This document shows, one piece after another, positions 1-9,230 of a DNA stretch of 64,000 nt. Within the stretch, counting starts at the first letter, position 1, and the number at the start of each line of letters is the position of its first letter. Both the position numbers and the translations under genes were made by a program. The notes beneath the pieces are model-generated. The model had not been told where the DNA came from. It was given only the letters and a program-made list of their open reading frames with translations, and made no database searches. Origin of the DNA: a virus (lineage: Duplodnaviria > Caudoviricetes); IMG/VR virus record IMGVR_UViG_3300006922_000005. One strand, 5' to 3'.

Positions 1-1749
1 TGTTAATGTATCAGTTGTTGAATCTGCAACAACATCTCCTTGACCATTTACACTAATAGTATTAAATGTATTTGCACTTGTGCTTGAATTAATAGTTAAT
101 GTGTCACCCACAACTGCTGTTGTAATTCCTGTACCACCTGTAATCGTAAGTGTATCAGTTACTGTATTTGCTGTTGCTGTACCACTGTCACTGGCAATGT
201 TTAACCAGTTAGGTGCATCGTTGTTTATTGTTAGTGTACTTCCTGCAACAATAGTTCCAATTCCTGTACCACCAGCAATAGTAATAGCATCGTCAGTTGT
301 TGCTGGAGTTACTGTTCCGTTATCACTTACAACACTTGTAAATTTATTTTCATTATCTACAGCAAATGTAATTGTATCTGTAAGATTGTTTGTTGTAATT
401 GTAAGTCCATCGCCGCCTACTAAAGTTAATGTATCATTTACAACATCAGCGACTACACTATTTTGTCCTGACACAGCAATAGTTTCAAACAAGTTTTGTG
501 AACCACCTGCTCCGCCTGTGTTTGTAATAGTTACAGTATCGCCTACAATACTTGTAGTGATACCTGTGCCACCTGTAATTGTAAATGTATCAGTTATTGC
601 GTTTGCAGTTGTAGTTCCTGTATCGGCTGTAAATGTTGCAAATACATTTTGTGAACTAGCAACTGTTCCTGGTTTCCATTTACCTGCAGAACCATCCCAA
701 ATTAGTGCTTGGTCAGTTAATGGTGCTGTAGTATCTACATTATTAAGATCACTTAATACTGCGGCCGCAACTCTTAAATCTGCTCTAGCATCTGCTCTTG
801 TGTTTGTAAAATATAAATTATTTGTACCTTCAGATAAACCATCTGTATCTGCAATATTGTTAGGTGCTACAAAGGCAAAGTTTCCTGCGCCATCTGTGCT
901 TAATAAATCTCCTGACGAACCGTCAACAACATCTACTTTTTCTATAGTAATTAAACTGTTGGGTATTTGTGAATAAGCAATTTGACCACTTAGATCAAAA
1001 AAGTTTGCTACTGTTCCTGCACCGCCACTACCACTGGATACTGTAATAAATGACAAGTTTCCTGATCCGTCTGTAGCAAGTACTTGCCCCATGGTACCAT
1101 CACTAACTTGGAGTTCATTAACTCCAACAGTGTTTGCTTTAAGTTGTACATTATCTGTAGTACCTGTTACATCGCCACCTACATTATAATTAGAAGGAAA
1201 AGTAACATCACCAAAACTTAAAACTCCACTACCATTAGTAGTTAAAAATTGGCCTGCACTGCCATCTGAAAAATTTAGTTCATTTAGTGTAACACTTCCT
1301 GCTGGAACACTTGCACTTGTAATAGGTGAAAATCCTCTAACATTGATTTCAGCACCATCAATTGGTGGACTTTGTGAACTATCTTCTTCAGTAAAACTTA
1401 ATACGTTAGAGTCAAATATTCTAAAATCTTTATTTGCTCTCATTTGAACACCATTGTTTGTTACAATAATGTCATTAGCGTTTGCTACTTCGGTTGTTAA
1501 AATAAATTCGTATGTTGTTCCGTCACCTATAAAGTATTCTGTAAAAGCAAACGGAAATGGTCCCATGCTTCCCCATGCAGATCCGTTGTAAATTTCCATT
1601 ACATTTAAATCTGTGTTATATCGAATTTCACCTTGATTTGGCGAAGGGTTTCTATTTGCTGTATTACCACGCGGTACTGTTATACCCGTGCTACCGTCAA
1701 ATACTAAACTCCCTGATATTTGTCCACTTGATACTCTAGTTCTTGCCAT
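1..1749 (-). CDS. Virion structural / tail-fibre-like protein, 3' end outside the window
   Basis: Not in the ORF track. I read ATG at 1749 (MARTRVSSGQISGSLVFDGSTGITVPRGNTANRNPSPNQGEIRYNTDLNVMEIYNGSAW); the frame still reads ...VVADSTTDTLT at position 1; frame continuity between these ends was spot-checked only. AAGGA SD and TAAATA (1770-1775) upstream. Confidence 0.85.
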   Translation of the reverse strand, partial: MARTRVSSGQISGSLVFDGSTGITVPRGNTANRNPSPNQGEIRYNTDLNVMEIYNGSAWGSMGPFPFAFTEYFIGDGTTYEFILTTEVANANDIIVTNNGVQMRANKDFRIFDSNVLSFTEEDSSQSPPIDGAEINVRGFSPITSASVPAGSVTLNELNFSDGSAGQFLTTNGSGVLSFGDVTFPSNYNVGGDVTGTTDNVQLKANTVGVNELQVSDGTMGQVLATDGSGNLSFITVSSGSGGAGTVANFFDLSGQIAYSQIPNSLITIEKVDVVDGSSGDLLSTDGAGNFAFVAPNNIADTDGLSEGTNNLYFTNTRADARADLRVAAAVLSDLNNVDTTAPLTDQALIWDGSAGKWKPGTVASSQNVFATFTADTGTTTANAITDTFTITGGTGITTSIVGDTVTITNTGGAGGSQNLFETIAVSGQNSVVADVVNDTLTLVGGDGLTITTNNLTDTITFAVDNENKFTSVVSDNGTVTPATTDDAITIAGGTGIGTIVAGSTLTINNDAPNWLNIASDSGTATANTVTDTLTITGGTGITTAVVGDTLTINSSTSANTFNTISVNGQGDVVADSTTDTLT

Positions 1750-1826
1750 ACGATTTTCCTTGTTATGTATATTTAGCGTGTAGCCAAAGATACGCTTTAC
1801 GTAAAGTATATAACATAATTAAGTAT

Positions 1827-2582
1827 ATGCTGTTAAAACACAATTATTGGTTCTATACGTCTGCACTATCAAACGAGTTTTGCGATAGTGTACTTGCGTT
1901 AGGCAAAAACAAAATAGAAGAAATCAAACAGAATGAAGGTTCTGCAGAAGGCTGGACGTGGGGAGGCGGAGAAAAAAGTAATAAACCAAAAGCAACCCCT
2001 CAAACAGATAAAACCCGTAGTGAGTTATTTGAACAAGGTGTTGAGCCAGAATCTACTTACGTAAGAGATAGTGAAGTATCTTGGTTAGATGATGAATGGG
2101 TTTATGACGAAATTACTCCATATGTAGAACTAGCAAATTACAATGCAGGATGGAACTTTGATATTGATTTCCACGAATCTTTTCAATTTACAAAATATAA
2201 TCCTGCAGGATTTTATGGTTGGCACAGAGACGGAAACAGCGACCATTTAGGAAAATTTAAAAGATTTATTCCAGGCATAACACAAGAAGATGAAGGTAGA
2301 ATTCCTACAGGACACACACTTAATCCAGATATGGTAGGAAAAGTAAGAAAGTTAAGTGTAACAATTAATATTGCTGAACCTGACAGTTATGAAGGTGGAG
2401 ATTTAAAGTTCGATTTTGGTGAACATACAGACAGCGGAGATCGTTTTCATACATGCGAAGAAATACGCCCACGGGGAAGTATAATTGTATTTCCTAGTTT
2501 TTTACCCCATTGTGTTACTCCTGTAACAAAAGGTACAAGGTACAGTTTAGTACTATGGAGTTTAGGAAGGCCATTTAGATGA
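1827..2582 (+). CDS. 2OG-Fe(II) oxygenase, PKHD/prolyl-hydroxylase-like
   Basis: HxD (GWHRD), distal His and Arg in HCVTPVTKGTRYSLVLW. Start moved from track 1743 (TTG, overlaps the divergent gene) to ATG 1827. Confidence 0.85.
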   Translation: MLLKHNYWFYTSALSNEFCDSVLALGKNKIEEIKQNEGSAEGWTWGGGEKSNKPKATPQTDKTRSELFEQGVEPESTYVRDSEVSWLDDEWVYDEITPYVELANYNAGWNFDIDFHESFQFTKYNPAGFYGWHRDGNSDHLGKFKRFIPGITQEDEGRIPTGHTLNPDMVGKVRKLSVTINIAEPDSYEGGDLKFDFGEHTDSGDRFHTCEEIRPRGSIIVFPSFLPHCVTPVTKGTRYSLVLWSLGRPFR

Positions 2583-3247
2583 GCGACGAAATTCAAAAAT
2601 TTTTTAAAGATAATAGTTATGTTGTAATCAACAACTTTATAGATAAGCAATTAGCACACTTGCTTTATGAATATATAAAAATAAATGTACAACGTTCAGA
2701 TTACAAATATCAAAATGATATAGATTTATACAACGAGCATTGGGACGGTAATTGGATTGATCCACAAGCACCCGGGGCATACAGTAGGTATGGAGACCCA
2801 ATGTTTGATACAATTTTAAATGAAGCATCTAATACGATGCAAAATTATACAGGCGCTAATACTATTCCTACCTATAGTTATTATAGATTGTATACACAAA
2901 ACGATGAACTAGTAAGACACAAAGATCGACCTAGTTGTGAAATTAGTACAACACTTTGTATTGGTTATGATGTTGAAAATGTAGATCAAAATACATATCC
3001 AGATTATAATTGGCCTATGTGGGTACAAAATAAAAACGGTGAGGAACTACCTGTAAAACTTTATCCAGGTGATATGATTATATACAGAGGTCATGATATA
3101 GATCACTGGCGTGAACCTTTTAAAGGACGTAATCATGCACAGGTATTCTTACATTACAACGACGAAGATGGTCCTTTTGCTAAAAAATGGGATGGCCGTC
3201 CTATTTTAGGTATACCAAGAGGGTTCCAAACAAGGAGAGAAAAATGA
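2579..3247 (+). CDS. Phage 2OG-Fe(II) oxygenase-like protein (HKDRPSCE type)
   Basis: LVRHKDRPSCEIS and HWREPF...QVFLHY motifs; ATGA overlap with the upstream gene. Confidence 0.75.
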   Translation: MSDEIQKFFKDNSYVVINNFIDKQLAHLLYEYIKINVQRSDYKYQNDIDLYNEHWDGNWIDPQAPGAYSRYGDPMFDTILNEASNTMQNYTGANTIPTYSYYRLYTQNDELVRHKDRPSCEISTTLCIGYDVENVDQNTYPDYNWPMWVQNKNGEELPVKLYPGDMIIYRGHDIDHWREPFKGRNHAQVFLHYNDEDGPFAKKWDGRPILGIPRGFQTRREK

Positions 3248-3588
3248 GTTTTAATTTAAACAACCTAAGTGAAGAATTGTTTAATTACGATAATTTAAAT
3301 GATGAACATAAAAAAGCGGCAGTTGAAATATTGCGTCTTATGCAACAACACGGTGACCCTTTAATTGTAAACGAACTAGTTAAGAAAAACTTTGCTTTAG
3401 ATCCTATGCCTAAGATAAACCCTGAAGAAAGTTTATTTGTAAAAGCATGTAAAGAAGGTGGACAATATGTCAACATACAAGGACATGTAGAAGATAATGG
3501 GGTTTTATATCCTGTTTGTAGTATAACAGATGACATAAGAAAATTAGATCAATTATTTGGTGTAATTAAAGATTTTAAAGTTGAATGA
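3244..3588 (+). CDS. Hypothetical protein, 114 aa
   Basis: ATG 3244 overlaps the upstream stop; AGGAG upstream; own stop overlaps the next ATG. Confidence 0.7.
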   Translation: MSFNLNNLSEELFNYDNLNDEHKKAAVEILRLMQQHGDPLIVNELVKKNFALDPMPKINPEESLFVKACKEGGQYVNIQGHVEDNGVLYPVCSITDDIRKLDQLFGVIKDFKVE

Positions 3589-5246
3589 AAGTAGTAGGTA
3601 TTAATCGTATCCATAATAGTGCAGTGACCTATTTAGAAAATGGGGAACTTAAATTCCATTTGGAAAATGAAAGACTATCAAACATAAAATACGATTCATA
3701 TCCTTTTTTAACATTAAACAAACTAAAAACATATACAAAAGATATTAATAGTCTTGCTATTGCAGGATGTAATAATCTAAAAACTTTTGAAGATTTTACT
3801 TCAAGTGATGTGTATAGCGAATATGTACAAGGTCTAAATAAAAGTTTTTTAGACAAAGGATTTGATGTATGTGATTATGGAATGGACCATCATTTCTTAC
3901 ATGCCGCACATGCTTTTTATAACAGTGGGTTTGACACTGCATTATGTATAGTAAAAGATGGTATGGGCAGTGAGTATCCTATTACAGACAGCAATTTTAA
4001 ATCAGGTAGTTATGGTAGAGAAATATCAAGTGTATTTGAAGGTTCCTATCCTGACATGTTTTATCAAGTTGAAAGAGAAGTTTATGTTCCGTTTGACTGT
4101 AACTATACAAGCGACAATGTAACTTATACAAACACTATAAGTGAAGGATTAGCATTTCAAAAAACAGCAAAACATTTTGGATTTCACGAATTAGATGCTG
4201 GAAAAGTAATGGGAATGGCAAGTTACGGTAAGTCTGATCCTAATGTTCCGCCTATATATGTAGATAATAAAATTAATCCAACATTGTTTAATAATGAATT
4301 ATCAACTACAAAAGAAGTTACATTAAACGTAAAAAATTATCCATATTTAGATACAGATGATTTTCAAATACAAGCAAATTTTGCTCGTGCTTTACAAGAA
4401 GCAACACAACATAAAGTACTGAATGATATAATTAGATTGGTAGAAAAAACTGGACACAATAATGTTTGTTTATCAGGTGGTTATTTTTTAAATTGTGTTG
4501 CCAATTATTATTACAAAAAACGCTTACCAAAAAATATTAATTTATACATAGAACCAATTAGTAGTGATGCTGGAACAAGTTTTGGAGCGGCCAAATACTT
4601 ACATCATACAAGTACTAAAGACACTACTAAAAGGCCTCTTAAAACGCTATACACGGGCCTACAGTACACGTTAACACTTAATGACATACAAACTACTACA
4701 TACGAAAATACAGATGCTAAAACAGTCGCAAATCTAATTGCTGACGGGAATATTGTTGCTATGTATCAAGGTAGAAGTGAAGGCGGGCCTAGAGCATTAG
4801 GTAATAGATCAATACTTTTTGATCCACGCAATCCAAAAGGAAAAGATATTGTAAACACTGTTAAAAACAGAGAATGGTTTAGGCCTTTTGCAGGAACTAT
4901 ACTTTTGGAAAAAGCAAATGATTGGTTTGATATGGCAGGATTAGATGAATCTCCATATATGATGTATGCTGTAGATACAATAAAAAGTAAGATAGATAGT
5001 ATACCTGCAATTAATCATATAGATAATACATGTAGAGTACAAACACTTACACAAAAACAAAATCCAAATTTTCATAAACTAATAAAAGAATTTGAAAGTA
5101 TAACACAAGTTCCTATACTGTTTAATACAAGTTTTAATCTTGCAGGTGATTGTATAGTTGAAACAATACAAGATGCTATAGATACTGTACAAAAAAGCAA
5201 AATTGATTATTTGTATGTTCCTGAATTAGGAGTATTAATAAAATGA
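3585..5246 (+). CDS. Carbamoyltransferase, NodU/CmcH (TobZ-like) family
   Basis: HHFLHAAHAFYNSGF, DGMG, GKVMGMASYG, LSGGYFLNCVAN, GPRALGNRSIL, REWFRPFA, NTSFN. Confidence 0.92.
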   Translation: MKVVGINRIHNSAVTYLENGELKFHLENERLSNIKYDSYPFLTLNKLKTYTKDINSLAIAGCNNLKTFEDFTSSDVYSEYVQGLNKSFLDKGFDVCDYGMDHHFLHAAHAFYNSGFDTALCIVKDGMGSEYPITDSNFKSGSYGREISSVFEGSYPDMFYQVEREVYVPFDCNYTSDNVTYTNTISEGLAFQKTAKHFGFHELDAGKVMGMASYGKSDPNVPPIYVDNKINPTLFNNELSTTKEVTLNVKNYPYLDTDDFQIQANFARALQEATQHKVLNDIIRLVEKTGHNNVCLSGGYFLNCVANYYYKKRLPKNINLYIEPISSDAGTSFGAAKYLHHTSTKDTTKRPLKTLYTGLQYTLTLNDIQTTTYENTDAKTVANLIADGNIVAMYQGRSEGGPRALGNRSILFDPRNPKGKDIVNTVKNREWFRPFAGTILLEKANDWFDMAGLDESPYMMYAVDTIKSKIDSIPAINHIDNTCRVQTLTQKQNPNFHKLIKEFESITQVPILFNTSFNLAGDCIVETIQDAIDTVQKSKIDYLYVPELGVLIK

Positions 5247-5839
5247 GTATTCAATTAGAACATTGGTTTCCTACTACTATAGGATATGTGTTTAATCCTC
5301 ATCATGATAAAATAGAAAAAGATTTAATTGAGCATTGTAAAAATTTAAAACTGTCTGTAGAGCCGGGTGGACAAGACTGGTTGTCTAAAGATACATATAA
5401 TACTAGTGACGGGAAACATGATTGCTTTGAAGATGAGAAATTTTCTACACTTAATAAATGGGTATCTGAACAAGTTAATAATTATGCTCAAATGCTTAAA
5501 ATTAAAAATACACTAATCCCACACTGTAGTTGGTTTAATATATACGATAAAAATGATTTCCAAGAATTTCATGTACATCCTGGTCTAACTATAAGTGCAA
5601 TTTACATGTTAGCAGGAGACAAAGATAGTGCAAAAATATATTTTAAAAGTCCTAAAAATGAAATGTTTCATATAGAATATGAAGAATTTTCTAGTAACAC
5701 ATTTGGTACTATTAACTACAATGTTGATGCAGGTAAACTATTAATGTTTACTAGTGATACTAGTCATAGTGTAGAACGTCATAATAACAGCAATGATAGA
5801 ATAACAATATCTTACAACTTTATACAAGAAAGAAGTTAA
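5243..5839 (+). CDS. Putative 2OG-Fe(II) oxygenase (HxH type)
   Basis: WFNIY...QEFHVHP...SAIY; HSVERH...RITISYN. Confidence 0.75.
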   Translation: MSIQLEHWFPTTIGYVFNPHHDKIEKDLIEHCKNLKLSVEPGGQDWLSKDTYNTSDGKHDCFEDEKFSTLNKWVSEQVNNYAQMLKIKNTLIPHCSWFNIYDKNDFQEFHVHPGLTISAIYMLAGDKDSAKIYFKSPKNEMFHIEYEEFSSNTFGTINYNVDAGKLLMFTSDTSHSVERHNNSNDRITISYNFIQERS

Positions 5840-5840
5840 A

Positions 5841-6497
5841 ATGAGTTTTAAAAAGGATTTATATAAAGAAATTAAAAGTGCAGTTCCTAAAGAAGTTTGC
5901 AGAGTAGCGGCTAGAGAATTTGAAATGGCCAAAGACATTGCTACTGCGGCTGTTAGAGACGGACATAAATTTCCATATCAAGACGAGATGGTCGAAAACA
6001 GTTTTAGTTGGTATAGTGCTTTAGCATTTGAAAGTTTAAGTGATACAATAATAAAAGACATTGTTGAAAAAGAAATAGGAGAACCTGTTTTTCCTACATA
6101 TACCTACGCAAGAATATACTACACAGGTGCAGAAATGAAATATCATATTGATAGAAGTAGCAGTGAATTTAGCGTGTCATTATGTGTTAAAACAGATCCA
6201 AACCATCCGTGGCATTTAGGAATGGAAACGTTAAAAGGCGAAAAGAAATATATTATACAAGAGCCAGGTGATGCAGTATTATATAAAGGTAATGAACTTT
6301 TTCATTGGAGAGATCCTTATCCGGGAACAGAACAAATAAATGCTTTTTTCTTTTTTGTAAGAGCAAAAGGACCTAAAGCAGTTTTAAAATATGATACTAG
6401 ACCAATGCTTGGTATGGGTCCTGAAACTCGTAAGTGGGATAGTGATAAACAATGGAAATTATTTCCAGGTCCAAAAGAGAATCCAAACCATGAGTAA
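5841..6497 (+). CDS. 2OG-Fe(II) oxygenase-like, paralogue of 2579-3247
   Basis: PTYTYARIY, YHIDRSSSEFS, HWRDP, KYDTRPMLG match the 2579 protein. Confidence 0.75.
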   Translation: MSFKKDLYKEIKSAVPKEVCRVAAREFEMAKDIATAAVRDGHKFPYQDEMVENSFSWYSALAFESLSDTIIKDIVEKEIGEPVFPTYTYARIYYTGAEMKYHIDRSSSEFSVSLCVKTDPNHPWHLGMETLKGEKKYIIQEPGDAVLYKGNELFHWRDPYPGTEQINAFFFFVRAKGPKAVLKYDTRPMLGMGPETRKWDSDKQWKLFPGPKENPNHE

Positions 6498-7113
6498 TTT
6501 TATAGAAGTAGGAGAAGTAGGAGTTATTCTTTCTGATCTGCCTCCGGAACTAAAAACTAAACTTGATAATATTACTGATAACTTACAACAAGATTTTACA
6601 AAAGGAAATAGTTTTAATAACAATTTAGTAGGACATATTAAGCATGAATATTCTTTGGACTATGACGCAGATTTAGATATTTGTTTGAATGATCTTATTG
6701 CAGAGTATAATGAAAAATATCCAGATTATCTTAAAGATTATAATGTTTTATTCAAAGATGCTCCGTTAGGACTAAACAATCATTGGGTTAACTTTCAAAA
6801 GAAACATGAATTTAATCCACCTCATTCTCATAGTGGTGTTTTTAGTTTTGTAATATGGTTAAAAATACCCTATGATTTACAAAAAGAATTAGACTACTTT
6901 AATAATGTTAACCAAGGAAGTAAAACAAGTATGTTTAATTTTTTATATACAGATGGTTTAGGTAAAATAAAAACTTACAATATACATGTAGACAAAAACT
7001 TTGAAGGGAAAGTATGTATGTTTCCTTCAGATATGTTACACTATGTAAATCCTTTTTACACATCAGACGAATATAGAATTAGTTTAAGTGGAAATATAAA
7101 ACTACAAAACTAA
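6490..7113 (+). CDS. Putative 2OG-Fe(II) oxygenase (HxH type)
   Basis: WVNFQKKHEFNPPHSHSGVFSFVIW; HYVNPF...RISLSGN. Start moved to ATG 6490. Confidence 0.75.
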   Translation: MSNFIEVGEVGVILSDLPPELKTKLDNITDNLQQDFTKGNSFNNNLVGHIKHEYSLDYDADLDICLNDLIAEYNEKYPDYLKDYNVLFKDAPLGLNNHWVNFQKKHEFNPPHSHSGVFSFVIWLKIPYDLQKELDYFNNVNQGSKTSMFNFLYTDGLGKIKTYNIHVDKNFEGKVCMFPSDMLHYVNPFYTSDEYRISLSGNIKLQN

Positions 7114-7619
7114 TAGCATTTATACCATACTAGCACATTATATCTAATACCTTCTACAACAGGCAAAACTTCGTGCTGTATTTTATTACCTTGAAAAGTT
7201 ATAATAGTACCTGCTTTAGGTTGTATTATTTCATCTGCTACTTTTGTCTCTCCGCCAGTAAAGTTATCATTTAAGTATATTATACTAGTAAGGGTGTGAT
7301 AATCAAAATCTAAATGAGAAGGTTGATAATTTCCTTTTTCTCGTCTAGTTATATGCGAATAGTTTGTATATGCTTGTGGGTCAATACTGTTTATATTAAT
7401 GTCAATTTTTTTTGAGAAAAACTTAAGATAATCTGCATCATTTTTTGTATCATTATTGCTTAATTCTACACATGCAATCGGAATGTGTAAAATTTTTCTA
7501 TCATCAAATACAGTTCCTACAGAAGAATAATGTTTGTCAAACAGATCTATAAGTGTTTGACATTCTGTCTTGGTTATAAAATTATCTTTAAGATATACTG
7601 GTAATGGTTCTGTACTCAT
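7110..7619 (-). CDS. 2OG-Fe(II) oxygenase, prolyl-4-hydroxylase-like
   Basis: HLD...TSIIYLND, GGET, HEVLPVVEGIRY; converges on the previous gene with overlapping stops. Confidence 0.8.
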   Translation of the reverse strand: MSTEPLPVYLKDNFITKTECQTLIDLFDKHYSSVGTVFDDRKILHIPIACVELSNNDTKNDADYLKFFSKKIDININSIDPQAYTNYSHITRREKGNYQPSHLDFDYHTLTSIIYLNDNFTGGETKVADEIIQPKAGTIITFQGNKIQHEVLPVVEGIRYNVLVWYKCY

Positions 7620-7637
7620 GTACAGATAGTTATTGCT

Positions 7638-9230
7638 TTAATATCTTACAATAACAATACCTGGTCCACCACGGCCACCTGCACCACCACCTGATGGGTT
7701 AGCGCCTGCGCCACCTCCACCGCCAGCGCCACGGTTAGTAGTTCCGTCGCCTCCGTTGTTACCTGGCTCCGCACCTGAGCCGCCTCCTCCAGAGCCGCCT
7801 CCTGCACCAATACTAGTAGAAGAACCTGATCCTCCACCACCGCCTCCAGCGTATGTTACTGTTGAACCTGAAATATCTGAGTTACGTCCTGAACCACCTG
7901 GTGCTCTACGTCCATTACCACCAGTACCGCCAGTGCCTCCAGCACCACCACCACCTGAACCTGAATATGGTGATTGGTTTGGATTTGGTCCACCAGCATT
8001 ACCGTAACCATATGTTCCTGAATCGCCTGGTTGTCCTGGCTGTTCTGCAGATCCTGTAGGTCCACTTGGAGAACCTCCGCCTCCACGTCCACCGCCTGAT
8101 CCGCCTGGTCCACCGTTTGCTACTGGTCCTCCAGGACCACAACCACCGTAACCACCGCCAATTGCTGTAAGTGTTCCAAATGTTGAATTAGTTCCTTTTT
8201 CTCCTGGTGTCTGTCCACCTGAGTATCCGTTAGCACCACCAAAGCCACCACGTCCTATTGAACCTGATACACTACCGCCTGGACTAACTGGGAAACTAGG
8301 TACATCAATCATACCGCCTGCTCCTGCTCCAGCACCTCCGTCAGTACCTCCTGAGTTAGCACCACCATTACGTGTACCGCCGCCTCCACCGCCTGCAACT
8401 ACAAGTACTCTAACTGAACTAACGCCAGTTGGTACGTTGAAAGTAAATCCGCCGTTGGATGTATAAGTTGATGTTACTGGTGCTTTAACTGTAATAGAAA
8501 ATGCTCTATCTAGTGTGTCACCTTCGTTGTCTGTTGCTCTAACAGTAAAGTTTGAAGTTGTGTCTGATCCTTGTGAACTTGCTGTACCTGTAATTGTACC
8601 GTTAGCATTAAAAGTCATTCCTGACGGAACTGATCCACTTACTACTGAGTATGTAGGAGTTCCACCGTCAGCATCTGTTGCTGTAAGTGTAATTGTAGGA
8701 TAACCTGATCTACCACTATCATAAATTGTAGCAACACTTCCTGCTCCTGTTGACCAAACTGGAAATGTATTAACTGTTCCTGCTGGTTCTAACACTGCTG
8801 AAAGTCCTGATGGATTAGTTACTTTTATTCCATAACTCTGTGCTGGAACAAAGTTAACAGATGCCGCATTTGTTGCACAAGTAAGTTCACCTGAGTTTAC
8901 AAAAGTTGTTGAAAGTGTTCTGTCAATGTTACTAACACCTGCACCAGTTACTTGTACTTGTGATCCAGTTTTAAAATTTGATCCTGTAATAGTAATAGTA
9001 GCATCTTGTGCTTCATAAATTGTACCAGTTTGATTACTAACAGTTGGCGGAGCATCAATACCTGCCCAACCTGTTGAATTGTACTGCTCTAAAAAACCTA
9101 AAGTAGAATTATATCTAAGTTCACCTACTGATCCAGTTGGCCGTTGTGCTGATGTGCCTCCCGGAACTTTAATACTTCCAGTACCAGTAAACTTTCTATT
9201 TTTTCCAGTAAAATCTCTTAAATCACTCAT
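7638..9230 (-). CDS. Virion protein with Ig-like domains and a Gly-rich C-terminal domain
   Basis: N-terminal PGGTSAQRP..GELRYN module; Ig/cadherin-like segment (ATDADGGTPTYSVVSGSVPSG); GAGGGG-rich C-terminus ending GIVIVRY. Confidence 0.75.
   Translation of the reverse strand: MSDLRDFTGKNRKFTGTGSIKVPGGTSAQRPTGSVGELRYNSTLGFLEQYNSTGWAGIDAPPTVSNQTGTIYEAQDATITITGSNFKTGSQVQVTGAGVSNIDRTLSTTFVNSGELTCATNAASVNFVPAQSYGIKVTNPSGLSAVLEPAGTVNTFPVWSTGAGSVATIYDSGRSGYPTITLTATDADGGTPTYSVVSGSVPSGMTFNANGTITGTASSQGSDTTSNFTVRATDNEGDTLDRAFSITVKAPVTSTYTSNGGFTFNVPTGVSSVRVLVVAGGGGGGTRNGGANSGGTDGGAGAGAGGMIDVPSFPVSPGGSVSGSIGRGGFGGANGYSGGQTPGEKGTNSTFGTLTAIGGGYGGCGPGGPVANGGPGGSGGGRGGGGSPSGPTGSAEQPGQPGDSGTYGYGNAGGPNPNQSPYSGSGGGGAGGTGGTGGNGRRAPGGSGRNSDISGSTVTYAGGGGGGSGSSTSIGAGGGSGGGGSGAEPGNNGGDGTTNRGAGGGGGAGANPSGGGAGGRGGPGIVIVRY

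Noticed and set aside
80-976. 298-aa plus-strand ORF
   Set aside because: Antisense shadow of the real minus-strand gene starting at 1749; Val/Pro/Ser-rich mirror composition.
7646-8113. Several Pro-rich or alternative-frame ORFs
   Set aside because: Shadows of the Gly-rich domain of 7638-9230.
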